Virus record (IMG/VR): IMGVR_UViG_3300045988_139374
Location: 128,001-192,000 of that record
Source of the DNA: a virus
Direction: 5' to 3' (one strand)
Length of the DNA stretch: 64,000 nucleotides
The notes below the pieces were generated by a model. It saw nothing but the letters and a program-made list of their open reading frames with translations. It was not told where the DNA came from and searched no databases. A program made the translations under genes and the position numbers. Position 1 is the stretch's first letter, and each line of letters begins with the position of its first letter. Of this stretch, positions 63,191 to 64,000 are shown in pieces.

Positions 63191-64000
63191 AATACTTAAT
63201 AGACTTCAGTGTATCTTCAATGTACTTATTATCAACCTTTTCCAGTTGAATAGTACCAATAGTTTCCAGCAAAGAATACATGCAGCGAGCAGATTCAACA
63301 ATAGAATCCATATTCAGCTTGCCATTCTCATCAATCAGAGAACCCTTTGCATCCTTATTCTTAACAGCTGCTTCAGACAGGTTACGAACCATACGATCAA
63401 AGACACTACGATAGCCTTCATGTTGAATCTTGTAGATCTTATCTTTAGCAATACGAGTTTCAGATTCCTCTACACTCTCAGCATAATCATTATCATTAGT
63501 ATCCTTAGCCATCTGAACACGATCAGCAGTCTGCTTTAGAACAGTCTTTACATTCTCCTTATCCTGCTGGTTTCTATTAACAAAATTCTCTTCTGCATTA
63601 GAAACACGCATTCTAATAAGGTTAGTGATATCGTCAACGTCTTCAGTATTATCGACATCCTTCCAGAAATCATCAAGACTTCCAGAATCAATATACTGAG
63701 TATCTTCATCACGAGTAGCATCCTCAGTAATAGTCTTATAATGACTATTAATTTCAGACCAGCAAGTACGCAGGAATCCATTCTCAGAGAAACGCATATT
63801 CTTTAGCAGAGTAGTTTCTCCAACCTCGGAGATATAATTCTCAATAAGATTCTCACAAATAGAATACTCACGATGAGTATAGTTGGGAATAGAACCAACA
63901 CAGAGTTCCATAAGCATCTTTTTAATCAGAGACTTCTTTACATTAGCCTTGAATTCGAAGAGCTTATCCACACTCTTATTGAATGCTATCTTCTGATTTT
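63189..64000 (-). CDS. hypothetical acidic protein, 5-prime end outside the window
   Basis: The frame stays open past the track start (GTG 63971) to the window edge. Codon style is CTG/GAC-rich. The antisense ORF 63084..63539 is an artefact. Confidence 0.55.
   Translation of the reverse strand, partial: NQKIAFNKSVDKLFEFKANVKKSLIKKMLMELCVGSIPNYTHREYSICENLIENYISEVGETTLLKNMRFSENGFLRTCWSEINSHYKTITEDATRDEDTQYIDSGSLDDFWKDVDNTEDVDDITNLIRMRVSNAEENFVNRNQQDKENVKTVLKQTADRVQMAKDTNDNDYAESVEESETRIAKDKIYKIQHEGYRSVFDRMVRNLSEAAVKNKDAKGSLIDENGKLNMDSIVESARCMYSLLETIGTIQLEKVDNKYIEDTLKSIKY

Overview
This AT-rich window is almost entirely coding. It has strong AGGAGG-type ribosome-binding sites, hairpin plus T-run terminators, and no cellular housekeeping genes. 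I read it as part of a large virulent-type phage genome. A low-GC Gram-positive host is likely, inferred from SD usage and composition. Layout from left to right: (1) late or adhesin-like genes (1-7830); (2) a repeat-rich 760-nt intergenic control region; (3) an early/replication block (8590-21696) with a PD-(D/E)XK nuclease, an Mre11/SbcD-like nuclease, a DnaB-like helicase and a Dda/RecD-like helicase; (4) type II topoisomerase subunits (24274-30189); (5) a tail-fibre diversification region (30978-44679); (6) two tRNAs followed by a 0.95-kb ORF-free, hairpin-dense region (candidate large ncRNA); (7) a 3432-aa virion protein with three cell-wall-hydrolase modules; (8) RusA-like and other small genes. 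A dCMP deaminase and a DFDGD-bearing fragment of a multisubunit RNA polymerase beta-prime subunit lie inside the fibre region. The main finding is that three separate variation devices act on two paralogous tail-fibre genes. (a) A canonical diversity-generating retroelement (VR, avd-like gene, TR, RT) targets the C-terminus of fibre B. All 12 VR/TR mismatches fall at TR adenines. (b) A G9 homopolymer splits fibre A. (c) An apparently undescribed cassette system is built on an invariant TGACGCT core, always read as x-D-A-S-x-K. The core sits once in frame inside the expressed fibre B gene. It also heads ten start-less, promoter-less C-terminal cassettes, seven of them packed head-to-tail on the opposite strand. 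A tyrosine recombinase gene lies nearby and recombination scars flank the array. I interpret (c) as a shufflon / vsa-like switch of the receptor-binding domain by DNA inversion. This is inference from a single static sequence and needs read-level or experimental confirmation.
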